From NCBI RefSeq assembly GCF_006345805.1, contig NC_043000.1:43710001-43774000 (forward strand): 64,000 bases of DNA, in the 5' to 3' direction. A model generated the notes under the pieces. That model had not been told where the DNA came from, ran no database searches, and saw only the letters and a list, made by a program, of their open reading frames with translations. Source of the DNA: Octopus sinensis (Eukaryota). This document shows, piece after piece, positions 26,131 to 38,680 of this stretch. Position 1 is the stretch's first letter. Each line of letters starts with the position of its first letter. The position numbers and the translations under genes were made by a program.

Positions 26131-27360
26131 AATTCATGTAAAATGTTTGGATTCCCTTGACACTTTTTGTTATATGTGTGGTTGTTTTACAGTACCAAGT
26201 CAATGAATGAGCCTTATGAAACGATCCTATTTGGTTAACTTTAAGATAAAAGTTACTGATCATGACAAATCGTGGTCCCCGCAAAATTCATGTAAACCCT
26301 GTGTCGAAATTGTACGCCAATGGACAAAGGGTACCAGGAAATAACTAATATTCGGTATTCTGATGGTATAGCGAGAACCAAAGAACCATGTAAACGATTG
26401 CTATTTCTGTCTCACAAAAACGTCTGGTTATAATAAGAGAGTGCGACATAAAATAGGTTACCGAAATCTGGACAACAGATCAGAAAGTTAATGAAGTACC
26501 ACAAATTCTTGCGCTTGATGACTGATATAGGAAAAAGAGCATGGGGTTCTTTTGTGGATGTTCTTAAAGGATTTCAGCGGAGTGAAAATGATTTGTTTGA
26601 GACAATACTTGATAGCGGTCGTCTTTTATGTTGCAACATGTTCATAAAGCTTCATTTCCTCAATAGTCATCTCGATGTATTTCCTGCTAATCTCGGAAAC
26701 GTGGGCGATGATCATGGTAAACGTTTTCATCAAGCGAGCAAGATTATGGAGGAGAGATATCAAAGCGAATTAAACACACGCGTGATGGCAGATCTACTGT
26801 ATTTAAAGTGAGTGTGTAGACATGAAACTCTCCTGAAGCACTCACAACAAGAATTTTGTTCTATGGATATGTTACGTCGCACGTTCGGATGCCTTCTACT
26901 CAACGCTACTCTTCTCGCTACTTCTCTCTAACGTCTAGTCTTCTCCCTTTATATCTACGTATTGGGATAGCCTACTTCGTCGTCTGGGGGCGTCCACACA
27001 ACAGGATATGAAGTATGATGGTTTGGGTTTTATCCATCATATTAGATAATTAACAGTAAATATTTAGTAAAAGGTGATGCTATCTTACATTTCAGTTATC
27101 ATTTCATATTCTATTGTTATCATAACTTATGGTTTGAAGTTAGTAAACGGTTATATTGATATTATAACCTATGGTTTGAAGTTAGTAAACTATCCCAACC
27201 AAATGAATTATTTATACGGTACATCATGAAATAGGGATTTGCTATAGAATGAAAACCTGGTGAATTAGAATAAAACGGATGCCATATTTGAAATTAGCAT
27301 ATCAACATTAACTAAGAAGAAACACGAAACCCAACTCAGCAAGAAGTGTGTTGACCAGTG
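26131..27360 (+). mobile_element. Internally deleted CMC/Chapaev3-like DNA transposon
   Basis: DSLDTFCYMCG, DKSWSP..CKPC, REPKNHVNDCYFC and CNMFIKLHFLNSHLDVFPANLGNVGDDHGKRFHQ; terminus ...TGTTGACCAGTG at 27360. The family assignment is from recall. Confidence 0.65.
26870..27003. mobile_element. 134-bp solo-LTR-like insertion
   Basis: TGTT...AACA termini with a 5-bp TSD GGATA at 26865-26869 and 27004-27008. Confidence 0.6.
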
Positions 27361-30300
27361 TTATGCTTTTACTTTGAACATTACGAATGCTAGTTATAAT
27401 ACTTGTGGTTGATTGCTCTGAATTTTTGTATAGTATTACCCTAAAATCAGAGACGACTGAGTCAAATTCAGTAAAATTGGTCATTCGCATTCATGCTATT
27501 GTCTAATTTTATTATTATCTTCTAGACATCTAATCAAGCAATAAAATATGGCGGATAACTTCATTGGTTTGCGTTGCTGAGGGGAATTTAATTCTTCTAT
27601 GGAAAAACATCCATAACACCACACGAAAGACGTCACTCTCAGTGACTTTATGCTATTAACATCAAATATTTGTGTATTGTGCAAGCGCTGCGTCATGATT
27701 ATAAATGGATTTACGCTTTTATCGCTGCACGTATGAATAAAGGCGAGACATATGATAACCGTATTAATATAACCACAGGGTAATGAATAAACGTGTATCG
27801 CTTTAAAATATTTTAAATGGTAGCGAAAATAGTAAGCTATATTAGTTAGATAACATAGAAGATGAAAATACTACTACAATAAATTTCTCCATATTTTATT
27901 TAATTAATGCATTCATTTCAATCATTGAAAATAGCTGTAGAAGAAAGAGTAAGAATTGATTTCGAATATTGACACCAAGCCATAACATTTAGTAGCTTTA
28001 GTATACACTAAGTGGATTTGGAATGATGCAGAAGCTCTGTATGTGTCATAAATATGTCCACAAATGTTAGCGTTATGTGTGAAACTATTAATACATAATA
28101 TTTCTTGAGTAATTGTCAATACCATTCAAGACCAGTTTGACATTTGGAATTTTAACTGCTTAAAGTGGATAAGTATAAGGAACATTAAATGCAATTAACC
28201 TAGCATATGTAAGTGTACAGCTCTTTTCAATGCAACGATGCTTTGGATGTCCTAGGAAGCCTACATCGTAATAATCCTTCAATAATCGACAATTAAGATA
28301 TACATAAACTTAATTAAATTATCGGTCAGTCGTCTGTTAATTTTATGAAAATTTGCTGATAAACGTATAAGATAACTCTAAGGAAAATGGTCGACAATTA
28401 AATGAAGTTATATTTAATCAAGAATGTCAAAGCTCATCAACTACAACTACATAGACATAAATAGCATTTGTCTTTTCTCCAGTTTTGAAAACTGCTTTAG
28501 ATACAAGAATAATTAGTAAAGGTACCTTACAATAACGGTTCGACATCGTAAACGCAGCATATGCATATCGACAATGAATATAATATGGATAGAATTCAAA
28601 TAAGAAAAACGGTCAATGTTAGAGGATTTCTAAATGAGATTGAATATGAATACATTCTATATTTTGAACCTAACACGATAAAATCATTCGATTTGATGAA
28701 GCTGCTCTAAATTACTAAACATTTACATTCCTCGGGGTGTAAATACAATTTCAATAATAATTCTAGCTATAACTATTTAAGATTATATTTTCTATTAACA
28801 TTTAGTCTCAGGTTCTGTAATCTCATTTGTTTCATAAATGTATGTTCCAGAAAAGAATATGTAAGCTTGCGAGGTATATATTGCATATTTTTCCTTCCAA
28901 CTGTTTGTATCTTGCTCGTTTTTCTCCTTCTACTCTATAAACAAGTTTTCACTGATATAAAGCTTAACATTCAGATTGCATTAAAATATTCTGTGTGTCT
29001 CTCTCGAAAACAAATCGTCCGAGAGACATAATCACGAACAAAGTGAGTATACTGAATATAGCTGGAGAGGAGAATATGTAAGCAAAAGTCTATTTGAAAC
29101 ATATGTTCACTTATACATTTCAAAAACCCATTAAACATATACTATTGTATAAAAAATATAGCCATCACTGAGCAGCATGCGATTTTGTTTTATTTAATTT
29201 AATGTCAATTATTACAATGCACGAGATGTTTTCAAATATAAAACATGTTTAAGTATATCCGTTTTACACGACACACTCTTTATTCAGTGATCGGTAAGAA
29301 CTTGTATATAAACGCGTAAAGACAGAAAGCTAACTCAGCTTTCGGCATTAAACTCAAATGATTTTACCGATTTCACCGCCACTTAAACCTTTTAAATAAA
29401 GTATTCCTTTAACACTCAAATATTTCTCTAGAATGAAGTCCAGTGACGTAATATGGGATATCGTTCCTCACGTGTAAGCAATCTTCATTTTATAGTGTTA
29501 GAGCAGAGAAATGCACGAGAGGACGACATAACAATTTTGAAAGTCCTTGATTTTCAGTCGACAGAATTTCATCGTTTTGCATCAATGGAACATGAAATTA
29601 TTTGAGAAACAAAATGCTATTGGCGCTGCCAAACGGGGGTGCAATCGTCCATCCAAATATCATATGCGTTGCATTACTTGTTTCACATACAAGGATTATT
29701 TGTTTCACATACAAACTTAATTCTCGGTATGTATAGGATGCAGGATTACATAAAAGTGTGTTAACTTCTATTGCAAAGTTTCTTTTTAAATTAGTGTCTC
29801 TATGTATCGTTATCGCATGAATTGCATTAATTTAAATTATACCATCCCTACTTTTACATACACGTACCTTTCTGTTCGCTCGTTATCAAAAGACGAATCC
29901 ATACAAGTTAGAAACTTATAGTCCATCTACTTTGCATCTTAAATTGCAATGAAAAATGAGATTGTTCATACACGATGTAGGATTTCAGAATTTGGATTCA
30001 TGTGATTTTCTTGCGATCGCTATTGTCGGTAAAATCGGTAAAATCGGTAAAATCAAAAAATCATCAGTAAATCAAAATGACAACTGCTAATCATAGAAAT
30101 TTAGTTTACCTATTAGCCAGGGCAATCGAAGCACAGTTCATTTACGATATTGTAAGAAGTACTGGAGACTATATGTTCCATTACACGTCTTTATCTAGTT
30201 GTTTCAGCAAATTCTCGTATGAAAAAGTTAATCTGAGAAGCTGAGTATTCATTAATGTATCAAGTTTCCATTTGTAAACTGATGCAATATTATCGATATT

Positions 30301-30550
30301 AAAGACAAAAGTGAAAAGCTGAATCAAGTAAATGACGAGGATAACTTTATTTGCACGTACTACATTATTACTTAAACAAAAATCTTGCATTAGTTCACAG
30401 TCTGTCTAAAGGTAGAATCATTTTAAGAATACTCTTTAATTGATGTGATCTTTCTGAAACTATTTCATAAGGTTTCAACTTACTAATAAAATATTTGTGC
30501 TATTTTAATTAAAACCGAGTAACGTGTCTCATTGACCACCTATTGACAGT

Positions 30551-30636
30551 AACAAGAAGAACAAAAACAACAACAACGACGACGGCAACAACAATAACAA
30601 CAATAACAACAACAACAACTAATACTACTACTACTG

Positions 30637-30682
<46 letters not shown>
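30551..30682. repeat. (AAC)n/(ACT)n microsatellite
   Basis: Directly visible. Confidence 0.9.
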
Positions 30683-31296
30683 ATAAATGTATTTACTCAA
30701 TCGATAAATACTGGTTAGGTTTACACGTTGATCAGTACAACTAACAAAAATATACAAATTTTCACTTACGTTACTAACTTGATATCTCGTTACAATTAAC
30801 TTTAATCTTATGTGTGTTTATTGATCCGAAACATTCCATGTCCTTTACTACCTATATACATTTTTCTTTGTTTATAATTTCAACATTTCCAAGAGATATA
30901 ATATGTTATTCGCTAAGGAAAATGGTATTACCTTCAAATAATATCACTTTAGAATTATTTTCTCGTTTTAGTTCTCATGTTTTTGAAATTGTTTTCATTT
31001 TGCCGTCAGAACTGTCTAATATTAATTCCGACGTATAAACATCATATTTGCATAAAGAAGCAAAAAGTAATGTTTTAAGTAATTTTCAAGTATACGATAT
31101 CATTTCATAGTAATAGCTCATTAGTGATATAGGTAGACTCAGTGATTATAAAAATAATATCCTAGTAATATCTACGTTGTAACTCATGCATTCCCAAAGG
31201 AAACTGAAGTATTTTCAATATATTTACTAAAGAGAAGTTAAATTAATATGTTCATGACGGCTACCATTATGCTTTTTTATATGTATATAATTATGC

Positions 31297-31299
<3 letters not shown>

Positions 31300-31358
<59 letters not shown>

Positions 31359-31360
31359 TA

Positions 31361-31448
<88 letters not shown>
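31300..31448. repeat. (TA)n microsatellite
   Basis: Directly visible. Confidence 0.95.
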
Positions 31449-31455
<7 letters not shown>

Positions 31456-31892
31456 GAAAGTGAGATAGGGGTTATGAGTGTAACCCACTATGGGATATCA
31501 GTAATCCAATATACTGCTGGTGAAGTACCCAAAAGGCAAATACATAAATGCTTATAATTGCAATGCTATTAATTCATTTATTGTATTAGATGGACGAAGG
31601 TAAAATATTTTACCTCAAATTCATAATACAAATAAGAACATGGAGGAAGAGATGCCTTTCAATCATCGACTTACAGATATTACCAATTCATATTATTTAT
31701 TAATTACTTGAATAGGAACATCCAAATCCAACAGAATAAAACAATATACATCAATAAGTAAGATGATACCATAAGAATAATACACATAAAATGGATCTTA
31801 CAGCTGTTTTAGCCTGTCGATAAAGGTATCTCATTGTGCCTATATTTAGTCAGATGTATTGAGGTAGTATATATTCATGTATATATATATAA

Positions 31893-32285
31893 TAGGAGCA
31901 GGAGTGGCTGTGTGGTAAGTAGTTTGCTTACCAACCACATGGTTATGGGTTCAGTCCCATGCGTGGCACCTTGGGCAAGTGTTTTCTATTATAGCCTTGG
32001 GCCAACCAAATCCTTGTACCAAATTTGGTAGACGGAAACTGAAAGAAACTCGTCGTATATATGTATATATGTATATGTTTGTATGCCCCCCTCCGCCCAA
32101 CATCGCTTGACAACCAATGCTAGTGTATTTACGTTTCCGTAACTTAGCGGTTTGGCAAAAGTGACCAACAGAATAAATACTAGGCTTACAAAACAATAAG
32201 TCCTAGTGTCGATTTGCTCGACCAAAGGCGGTGCTGCAGCATGGCCACAGTCAAATGACTGAAATAAGTAAAAGAATAAAATAAT
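31893..32285 (+). mobile_element. Full-length tRNA-derived SINE
   Basis: GGAGTGGCTGTGTGGTAAG head, GGGTTCAGTCCC B box, internal TA/TG tract and GACTGAAATAAGTAAAAGAATAAAATAA tail. Confidence 0.9.
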
Positions 32286-32896
32286 ATATATATGTGAGTG
32301 TGCATGTGTGTGTTTATTTATGTGGATATGTGTTAATGTGCGTGTGGGTATAGATGTATACGTGTTAATATATGTCTACGCTTAGTTTACCCAATTCTAT
32401 TAACCTAATACTTTACTCATTTATTTTGTCTTGTGATACTTCTATTTACTTGTGTTAAGCCATATTTTCACTTTTTTCTTAAAATTTAAAAAGCAATTTA
32501 TAGTCAGTCCAATATTTATGGTACCCAACTTATGATCTGTAAATTATTTATATTTCGTTAACTCTATAAGAATTTAAACAGCTTAAAAGAATGCATTGGT
32601 TTGATATTCAATCATACACAACCATCGATGTCCTTGACAACATTAAACAAGAAATTCTTGTTTAATACTGTGAAGCACATAAATGTAAATCGCACGCAGA
32701 GAAGATAATATGAGACATGTTGGCTACAGGTAACGAGAATGAAATATTAAACTATAATGACTTTCTAAGAAAATGTTTCAGATGTAGATCTACCAGGTAG
32801 ATGTGTAAAAAGTGAAATGCTCACACGATCGAATGAACAAAGATTGTTCACAGGATAACTAAGCATTCCCGTTTGTTCGATAGATAGTAAAACGAA

Positions 32897-32950
<54 letters not shown>

Positions 32951-34329
32951 CTGTGTGTGTGTGTGTATATATATAATGCTATATTCACAAACCTTACAGT
33001 CTTCTCTACTCTTGTATTGCTAATTCTAACCGCTCCGCCAAACAAACTCGATGATTATCTTCCATTATCACAAAATTAGCCTCTTTCTTATTTTGGATTA
33101 AATTATTTAAAACACGTCTTGTGCAGCATCAAACACAGTGTTGCCATATTTTCCAGGGGAGTAACGCTGTGAATAGCAAAATGTTGAGTAAAACAATGTA
33201 CAAAACCATAACCTTTGATTGTCTTAAAAATTATGATAAAATTTATAAAATTTATAAAACATCAAATATTCATATTACGTTTACAAGAGCATACGATAGT
33301 TCTCATTTGTCTTCGTTAAAGTCAAAACCACACAATCTGCTGTCAATTTTTGTTTAGGAAGCGTTGTCATATGAATGTTCTATTTATAGGCTATATTTGG
33401 CAAACAGTGTACTAGTTCCCATTTTACGCATAAGAAAGTACAAATCATAGAACGTTTTCTAAATAGACCGCTAACTGATTCCCATGAAAGGTCTCTTACA
33501 TTAACAGTTATATGGTTTTGGTTTGGAGCAGACACAATCCAATTTCGAAGTCCTTTGTTAACATTTATACCCTTATTGAAACAATTTGCTGGTGTAAATA
33601 AATTCCTTGCATGAACGGACATATTAGTGTTTGATCATAAGCAGTCTAACCGTGTTAAAGTGAGCAGGTGATTATATTAGGGAAAATATTCCCAAGCTGA
33701 TTCGTACGAATGAATATACTTGCATTGCCATTGAAAAACGATGCATTTGAGAAATTAATAAAAATTATGCTAAGCAAACCGGTAAATGAAAGAAAATGGA
33801 AGAGTGACACACAAAGAGAAAGTCAATTCACTCTGAAAAGTTAGTTCTTCATTAACTGTAAAGCAGAGTTTGCATCATTCAAAATACAGTGAAGATGAAA
33901 ATGACTGAATGTAAATATGCAAATACAATAGAATAGTGAATTCAAACTCTAGTGTCAATACCAAATATACAGAAAATATTCGATGTTGGATGCATTAATG
34001 TACGTTTTGCATGGAAGATTTACGTTGAAATTTATTCACTTGCAACTAATAAATTGTGTAGTATTAAAACAAGAATTTGTCTTGCGAATGATTGTGCATA
34101 TTGCTTGCTGTTTGACTTTGAAGTAGTGAAGTTAGAATCAAGTGGTCAGAAAGAATATGAACATAATTGAAAGCAGTATGTGTATTTAAATGCAAAGAAG
34201 AGCAATGGGAATGTGTTGATTTTAAATATGGAATCTATAATCTGAGATATACAACTTTCTCTGTTAATCCTTCTGTGATAAAGTGTACTGCAAGCTAATA
34301 GGAGTATTATCTATTTAAAATTCTCTAAT

Positions 34330-34665
34330 ACGTGTACAAATATACGGATGTACGTCCAATATTTGCAACAATTAAGGGAAACTTTTCCACTGATGTCTTG
34401 ACAATTTCGTTTTATATGTTCTTTGGGTATTTGCAAGAACTTTCTTGACAAGGTCCCTGAATGTGCATTCTTTCGAATTGTGGCACTGACCCGATAATGT
34501 GTGCATCTTTGTGAGTAGCTGAATCTGAGGACTATAGAATACACGGGTCTTGATTTTTCCAACTGTCAGGCAAGGAAATGTCAAAATTATGTACTTGGAA
34601 GTGCCATCCACAGGTGGCAATGCTTTACGGAATTCCTTCGTGAGACTCACTTTCGTGTGCACAGG
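34330..34665 (-). mobile_element. Chapaev3-like transposase fragment
   Basis: KEFRKALP..KYIILTFPCLTVGKIKTRVFYSPQIQLL..FRDLVKKVLAN matches the segment just upstream of the 26491 ORF in this family. Confidence 0.6.
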
Positions 34666-35172
34666 GAGGAATATAGTTTTTTATGTCAACACGTGGATCA
34701 TATAAAACGTTGGAATCACCAGATTTGAGGTCCAAGTTTGGATCCCAATTTCAACCAATGATTCTTTAATCTATCTTCTCCCACATGCGCAGAAAGCAAG
34801 GATTCAAGGTGTGTCCGCATTACCGATCAAGAAGGAAGCATAGTATTTTATATTCAACGCACATTATCCAATTGTGCTTGTAATATTGCAATAACTCAAG
34901 ATTATCTTTACTTCGCCCTATTCTTCACTAGTAGAAACTGAATGCCCATTTTTTGAATAAGTAAAACTTGAGATTGCATAAAAGTATGCATGAGATGAAA
35001 ACAAGAATTAAAAGACACATGGTTAAAATATGCAAAAGTAACTACAAGACCAACATTTATACGTTGTCGATGGGTGCATCGGTAATTTGTAAACCGGAGG
35101 GCAGATACATATTCCTGTGATTAGATGATAATTAGCTTCGCACTAATAAAACATTATTCTTTATTACAGTAA

Positions 35173-36068
35173 AGCATTGCAAACAATCTGTTATCTATTA
35201 CCGACAGTAAAATGAACAGTAGTATGAAAAGTAAGGCCTTCGGCAATAACATATAGGTTGCATTGCCTCAGGGCAATCGAAAGCAAACTACAGTAACTTG
35301 TCAACATAGATGCTGAAACCATCAACAGAATCTCCAAGGCAAGCAGCGCGTTTGGGAGACTGCGAAAGAAAGTCTGGGAGCGGAGAGGAATCAGCCTCAA
35401 CACCAAGCTGAAAGTCTACCGGGCAGTCGTGCTTACCACTCTACTATACGGCTGCGAGACGTGGACTGCTTACCGAAGGCACGAGCGCCAGATAAACCAC
35501 TTCCATCTCAGGTGTCTTCGGAATCTCCTTCACATCCGCTGGCAGGACAAAGTCCCAGACACGGAAGTTCTGAAGCAGGCAGATCTCCCTAGCACCATCA
35601 CAATCATGCGCAAGGCCCAGCTGAGATGGGCGGGCCATGTCTCCCGCATGTCCGACACTCGCATCCCAAAACAGCTCTTCTACGGTGAACTCGGCCAGGG
35701 CAGGCGCAAAGTCGGAGGGCAGAAAAAGCGCTACAAGGATAGTCTCAAGGTCTCTCTCAAAGACTTCTCCATCGGAACAGAGACCTGGGAGACACTTGCT
35801 GCCAACCGCTCATCCTGGCGCAGCGCAATCACCGTGGGAGCAGGGACAGCCGAGGAGGGACGGATTCGGTCAGCGGAGCAGAAACGTCAGATGCGTAAAG
35901 TCAGAGCCGCCTGCACCAGTAGCACTGCCCCTACCCACTTCTGCCCCACCTGTGGGAGGGGCTTCCTTGCCCGGATTGGCCTCACCAGCCACCTCCGGTC
36001 TCATGGCGGCAGTTCCATCAGATGATGTCAGTTGGTCATCTTCGAACCGAAGGACGAACATTACATTA
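35173..36068 (+). mobile_element. Young 5'-truncated RTE-clade LINE; open frame 35297-36025
   Basis: RISKASSAFGRLR, LLYGCETW, LRWAGHVSRM..RIPKQLFYGEL and a C-terminal CPTCGR..SHLRSH C2H2 finger. Candidate TSD TTATTACAGTAA at 35161-35172 and 36069-36080. Confidence 0.92.
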
Positions 36069-38624
36069 TTATTACAGTAATATGAATGAAATTTGTTGCT
36101 CTTCATGTCTCTTTTACATGTCCATGCTTTAGAATGTTTATTTGACAGCAATGATTTGCGTTAGGAACCAGGTCATATATTTCTTTTATAAGTATCTTAA
36201 ATTCACTTAAACACATTTGTATCATATATGCTAACAAATTTAAATGAAAACATGTTTTATTTTATAATTCACTTTCTAGACATCTATTGGTTACTTTGTA
36301 TTCATATCATGATGTAACATTCACCGTACCATCTTCAAACTAGTTAGGATGAAGAGTAAACATAAGACCCGAAACGTGTTATGTTTATTAAATCATTCAA
36401 TGTAACCAATTATTTACTCACCTGTGAGTGTATATATCTCTAAATTCTTCATTATACTTGAGACATGGTCCACATAATTTCTATCATTTTTACTGCGAGG
36501 TAAAATGTGATAATTATTATTTTAGGCATTAGCAAATATTTGACTTGTCTTTACTAGATAATGCTGCTATCAATTTTGAAATAATTATCTCTCATAAAAC
36601 GTTCCTATATCACACATATAAATGTTACGCTCCTTTTCTCTCATTTGAATGTACTTTGTATTGCCTTCTCTCTCCTCCCCGTTCTCACTTTACGGTTTGC
36701 AGACACACCTACTGAACTATTTCGCTAACATCAACTGTAAACTTTCGTACATTATCAGTAGTTTATCAACAGAAACTAAAACTGAATTTCAAAGGGTCTC
36801 TAGGTTAATGTATTATTCCAGCCTACTTGTGTTTGGTCTATTAAACTTTAAATTATCTATACATGAATGACTACATCTTTCTTGACATTTCATTATTAGT
36901 AGTTCTTGTGATTTTCACTTTATTTGAAGTCTATTTAACAGTGACGAGAAGAAACAACTTGGCTCCTTAACACACTAACTTTTACTTACATCGATTCAAG
37001 TGTGCATAACTAGAAACATTCAACAGACAAACGTCTTGTTGCAGTGAAACATAACAAGCTAAATACAAACATATGGTGCGCTATATCTCTCTTTTTTTCT
37101 CTTCCTGTCTGACAGTTGTACAATTATATAAGTATCGGTCTGGTGTTTGGCAGTTGTTAACTAGAATTGTTGGCCAGTAAATTTGATTTAAATTGATTTC
37201 ATAACTTAAATATCTAACCCAGCGGATTAGCAGGGTAGTTAAAGTGTAAGCCAAGAGGCATTTTCTTTATGTATTACTATTCACTGCAACTTCCGTTCGA
37301 ATCCTGCGGAGGTGGACGTTACCTTTCGTACTTCGATAACCATCGATAAAGAAATACTAATTCTAAAGACAAGAACCGATATTTACAATATTGAACACTC
37401 AAATGTCCGACCATCTGCGATAGAAAGTTATTAATCAACATTAAATTAAAAGAATAATCTTATTTGTAAACAATAGTGTTATATATGAATATTACAGGAG
37501 ATGCAATTAAGTATACGTTACACTCACGAAAAATGTCTTGAATAGCTATAATAATAGATTAATTTTCATGAGAAACTGAAGTTTGTAAGCTGTTGTCCTT
37601 TTTCAAGTGTGTGCTTTTAATCAGAAGTGATTAAGAATTTTGGAACTGCATACAGTTAGTCTAATGCTAGTAGATACTGAATGGGCAATCTCGACGGAAA
37701 TAATTTATCACTTATCAAAATTTCAGATTACAATTGCGACATATTTCATAACGCATATGTTTCAAATGTGTTGCGTTGAAATATATGTATTCATCTTGGA
37801 TACAGTGCGAGGTTGATGGCATAGTATAAAATGGCAATTTTCCAGCTGCGTATTAAGCTGCGAATTATGTAATCAGTGACACAACATTGACAATGTTGGA
37901 CGTTATAGCACAGAAAAAGAATATTTTGTAGAACAGAAAGAAAACTCGAAAAACTAGAGGTTGTGCTACATATTATCCGTGTAAGAAAATGCAACATGAA
38001 AACAAAGCAAACAGGAAAATGTTCCATAGAGTTAATTGGATATTTACAAGAATAATGTATATTAATGACCAAAGTGAATATATTTCGAAACAACAAGAAA
38101 CACCTGGACGAAGATATGGTTATGTTAGGGGAAAGATGCAACACATGTTATGTCACGTTCTACATAGCTTTACTGTAAAAGTTTACAAAACATTGTATAC
38201 AAGTATATAAATGGTAAATACAGTATTACTAAATTGTTTAAGTGAATTAACCGTAAATAATCATAAATATACCAACACAATATTCAAATTATTTCAAATA
38301 ATTTCACCTAAAATTCCTATGTGATAAAAGTTTATATTTGTATACCACATCCATCCCATGAATTATATGTATGTACATTTTAAACAATTAGTTTATTATG
38401 AAACTCAGCAAATATAAGGTGATGGATGAACTTGTTTATAAAAGTTTGTGAATTATATTACAAACAGTATTTTCTTTTATTTCTCTTTATACTAACTTCA
38501 TTTTCAACAGTTTTAAACAGAACAGTTTTCATTAATAAATTTTATGTGTAAAACTTGCTGCAATATATGCCATTGTCTTGGATATATCCTGCTGTTCATT
38601 AATATGTACACTCTAATATACTAT

Positions 38625-38680
38625 AAGGGGAGTGAGCTGGCAGAATCTTTAGCATGCCGGGTGAAATGGTTAGCGGTATT
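38625..38680 (+). mobile_element. 5' part of SINE interrupted by Tx1-like LINE
   Basis: AAGGGGAGTGAGCTGGCAGAATCTTTAGC head; it continues at 42571. Confidence 0.8.

Noticed and set aside
27120-30055. Short local duplications (about 41-bp period at 27120-27190, 15-bp at 29689-29720, 9-bp x3 at 30024-30050)
   Set aside because: Ordinary slippage or tandem duplications with no further structure.
31893-31975. tRNA genes at SINE heads
   Set aside because: The A/B boxes continue into SINE bodies and no complete cloverleaf with an acceptor stem is evident.
36345-36390. GATGA...CGAAACGTG hammerhead-like motif
   Set aside because: It lacks CUGA, and TAAACATAA pairs with TTATGTTTA across the GAAA, which is incompatible with the hammerhead fold.
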